From Lepidodermella squamata (taxonomy: Eukaryota; Animalia; Gastrotricha), in assembly GCA_047495785.1 (NCBI GenBank), contig JBLDXI010000054.1:1240001-1304000 (forward strand): a DNA stretch of 64,000 bases, read 5' to 3'. This document shows positions 63,025 to 64,000 of the stretch, piece by piece (within the stretch, counting starts at the first letter, position 1; every line of letters begins with the position of its first letter). The notes beneath the pieces are model-generated. The model did not search any database. It was not told where the DNA came from and saw nothing but the letters and a program-made list of their open reading frames with translations. The position numbers and the translations under genes were made by a program.

Positions 63025-64000
63025 ATGAATATAGCCACTGCAATAATTAGCATAATTCTGGCATTCGATTTTGAAAGGCTAATGGCCATCAAGCTAAATT
63101 TGTCCTCACCCATACCCGCTCAGATCGCTTCATCGTCCTTCCAGGCGAATGACATAACTCGAAAGCCTTTGAGAATTGTAGCCGCCTGTCATTATGCAGG
63201 TCAGCTGTTCGCATTCGGACCGATTTGTACAGAAGGCATGCGATTCGCCCTCGATTCCGTCAAAAAGCAGCCGAATCTGTTACCGAATTATGAGCTCATC
63301 ATCGAACCATTCGACGATATGGTAAACTTAAATCTCCCTTCAAATACTTGATAACAGTAAAACATTTTAGTGCACAAGACCGCAAGCAGTTTCCAAGTTC
63401 TTGGAAAAGATGAGGCGAAACGATGAAGCTCAAAACAGGCTTCCATTCACAATTGGATCACTATGTACCGCCAATTTCTATGTTGGCCAAATGATGCATC
63501 ACTTCAACTTTGTATCGGTAATCGCGTTACTAATTACTTTATAATTAATCGAACTACTTACATCTAATTTCTATGCAGATAACTGCATTAATGCTGGTTG
63601 AAGAAGGATTTTCTCAGCGAAGGCGGTTTCAGAATTACTTTCCAATCACTGCCAACTACAAAACGCAATTCGATGCTCTAGCAGAATTTATGGCTGCTAT
63701 GAAGTGGCGAAATATCGCCATTGTCTCCGAGGCAAGTGAATTCTACACTCAGCTCGAAACACATTTCGTCACTGTTCTTGAGAAGCGAAACATATCAAGA
63801 GTGTTAAGTATCTCGAAATTTCCCTATACTGCTGGAATTCCAGCCGAGTCCTCTCACATCGAAATGGCAGTTCGAGATATGTTAAAAGTTGAGCCTCGTA
63901 TAATTCTACTTAACACAATAGTGAAAACTCGAGTTATATGCTGGCTGCATCGATTGGGTGTATTTGGACCGAATATCGTGATATTCATATCCTCCCAGCC
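63025..64000 (+). CDS. Receptor G13: GABA-B-like class C GPCR, 3'-truncated by window edge
   Basis: Signal exon (..GPICTEGMRFALDSV..PFDDM), exon CTRPQAVSKF..GQMMHHFNFVS, and exon ..RRFQNYF..WRNIAIVSE..PRIILLN..CWLHRLGVFGPN. Confidence 0.85.

Noticed and set aside
1-64000. Assigning a host species (compact introns and a GABA-B-like expansion would fit a small arthropod such as a mite)
   Set aside because: No diagnostic marker gene in the window, so this cannot be supported from the sequence alone.

Overview
Eukaryotic (animal) genomic DNA with compact introns of about 50-65 bp. The backbone is a tandem array of 13 divergent class C GPCR genes of the GABA-B type (Venus-flytrap domain joined directly to a 7TM domain, no cysteine-rich domain). 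Nine look complete and intact, two are cut by the window edges, one is a pseudogene and one is split by an insertion. That insertion is the main result: a 17.9-kb DNA transposon (10248-28165) with perfect 22-bp terminal inverted repeats (TIRs) and a 4-bp ATGT target-site duplication (TSD). It encodes an intron-rich Sola1-type DDD transposase plus cargo genes that point to the nuclear envelope/ER: a KAR5/GEX1/Brambleberry-like nuclear-membrane fusion protein with two cysteine-rich domains, a NEMP/TMEM194-like inner nuclear membrane protein, a three-exon type I membrane protein with an acidic tract and a histone-H3-tail-like C-terminus, and other small membrane-type ORFs. Several MITEs (P/hAT-like, Tc1/mariner-like, CACT-ended) lie in introns and spacers. 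Family assignments come from recalled motifs, not database searches, and exon boundaries were read by eye.
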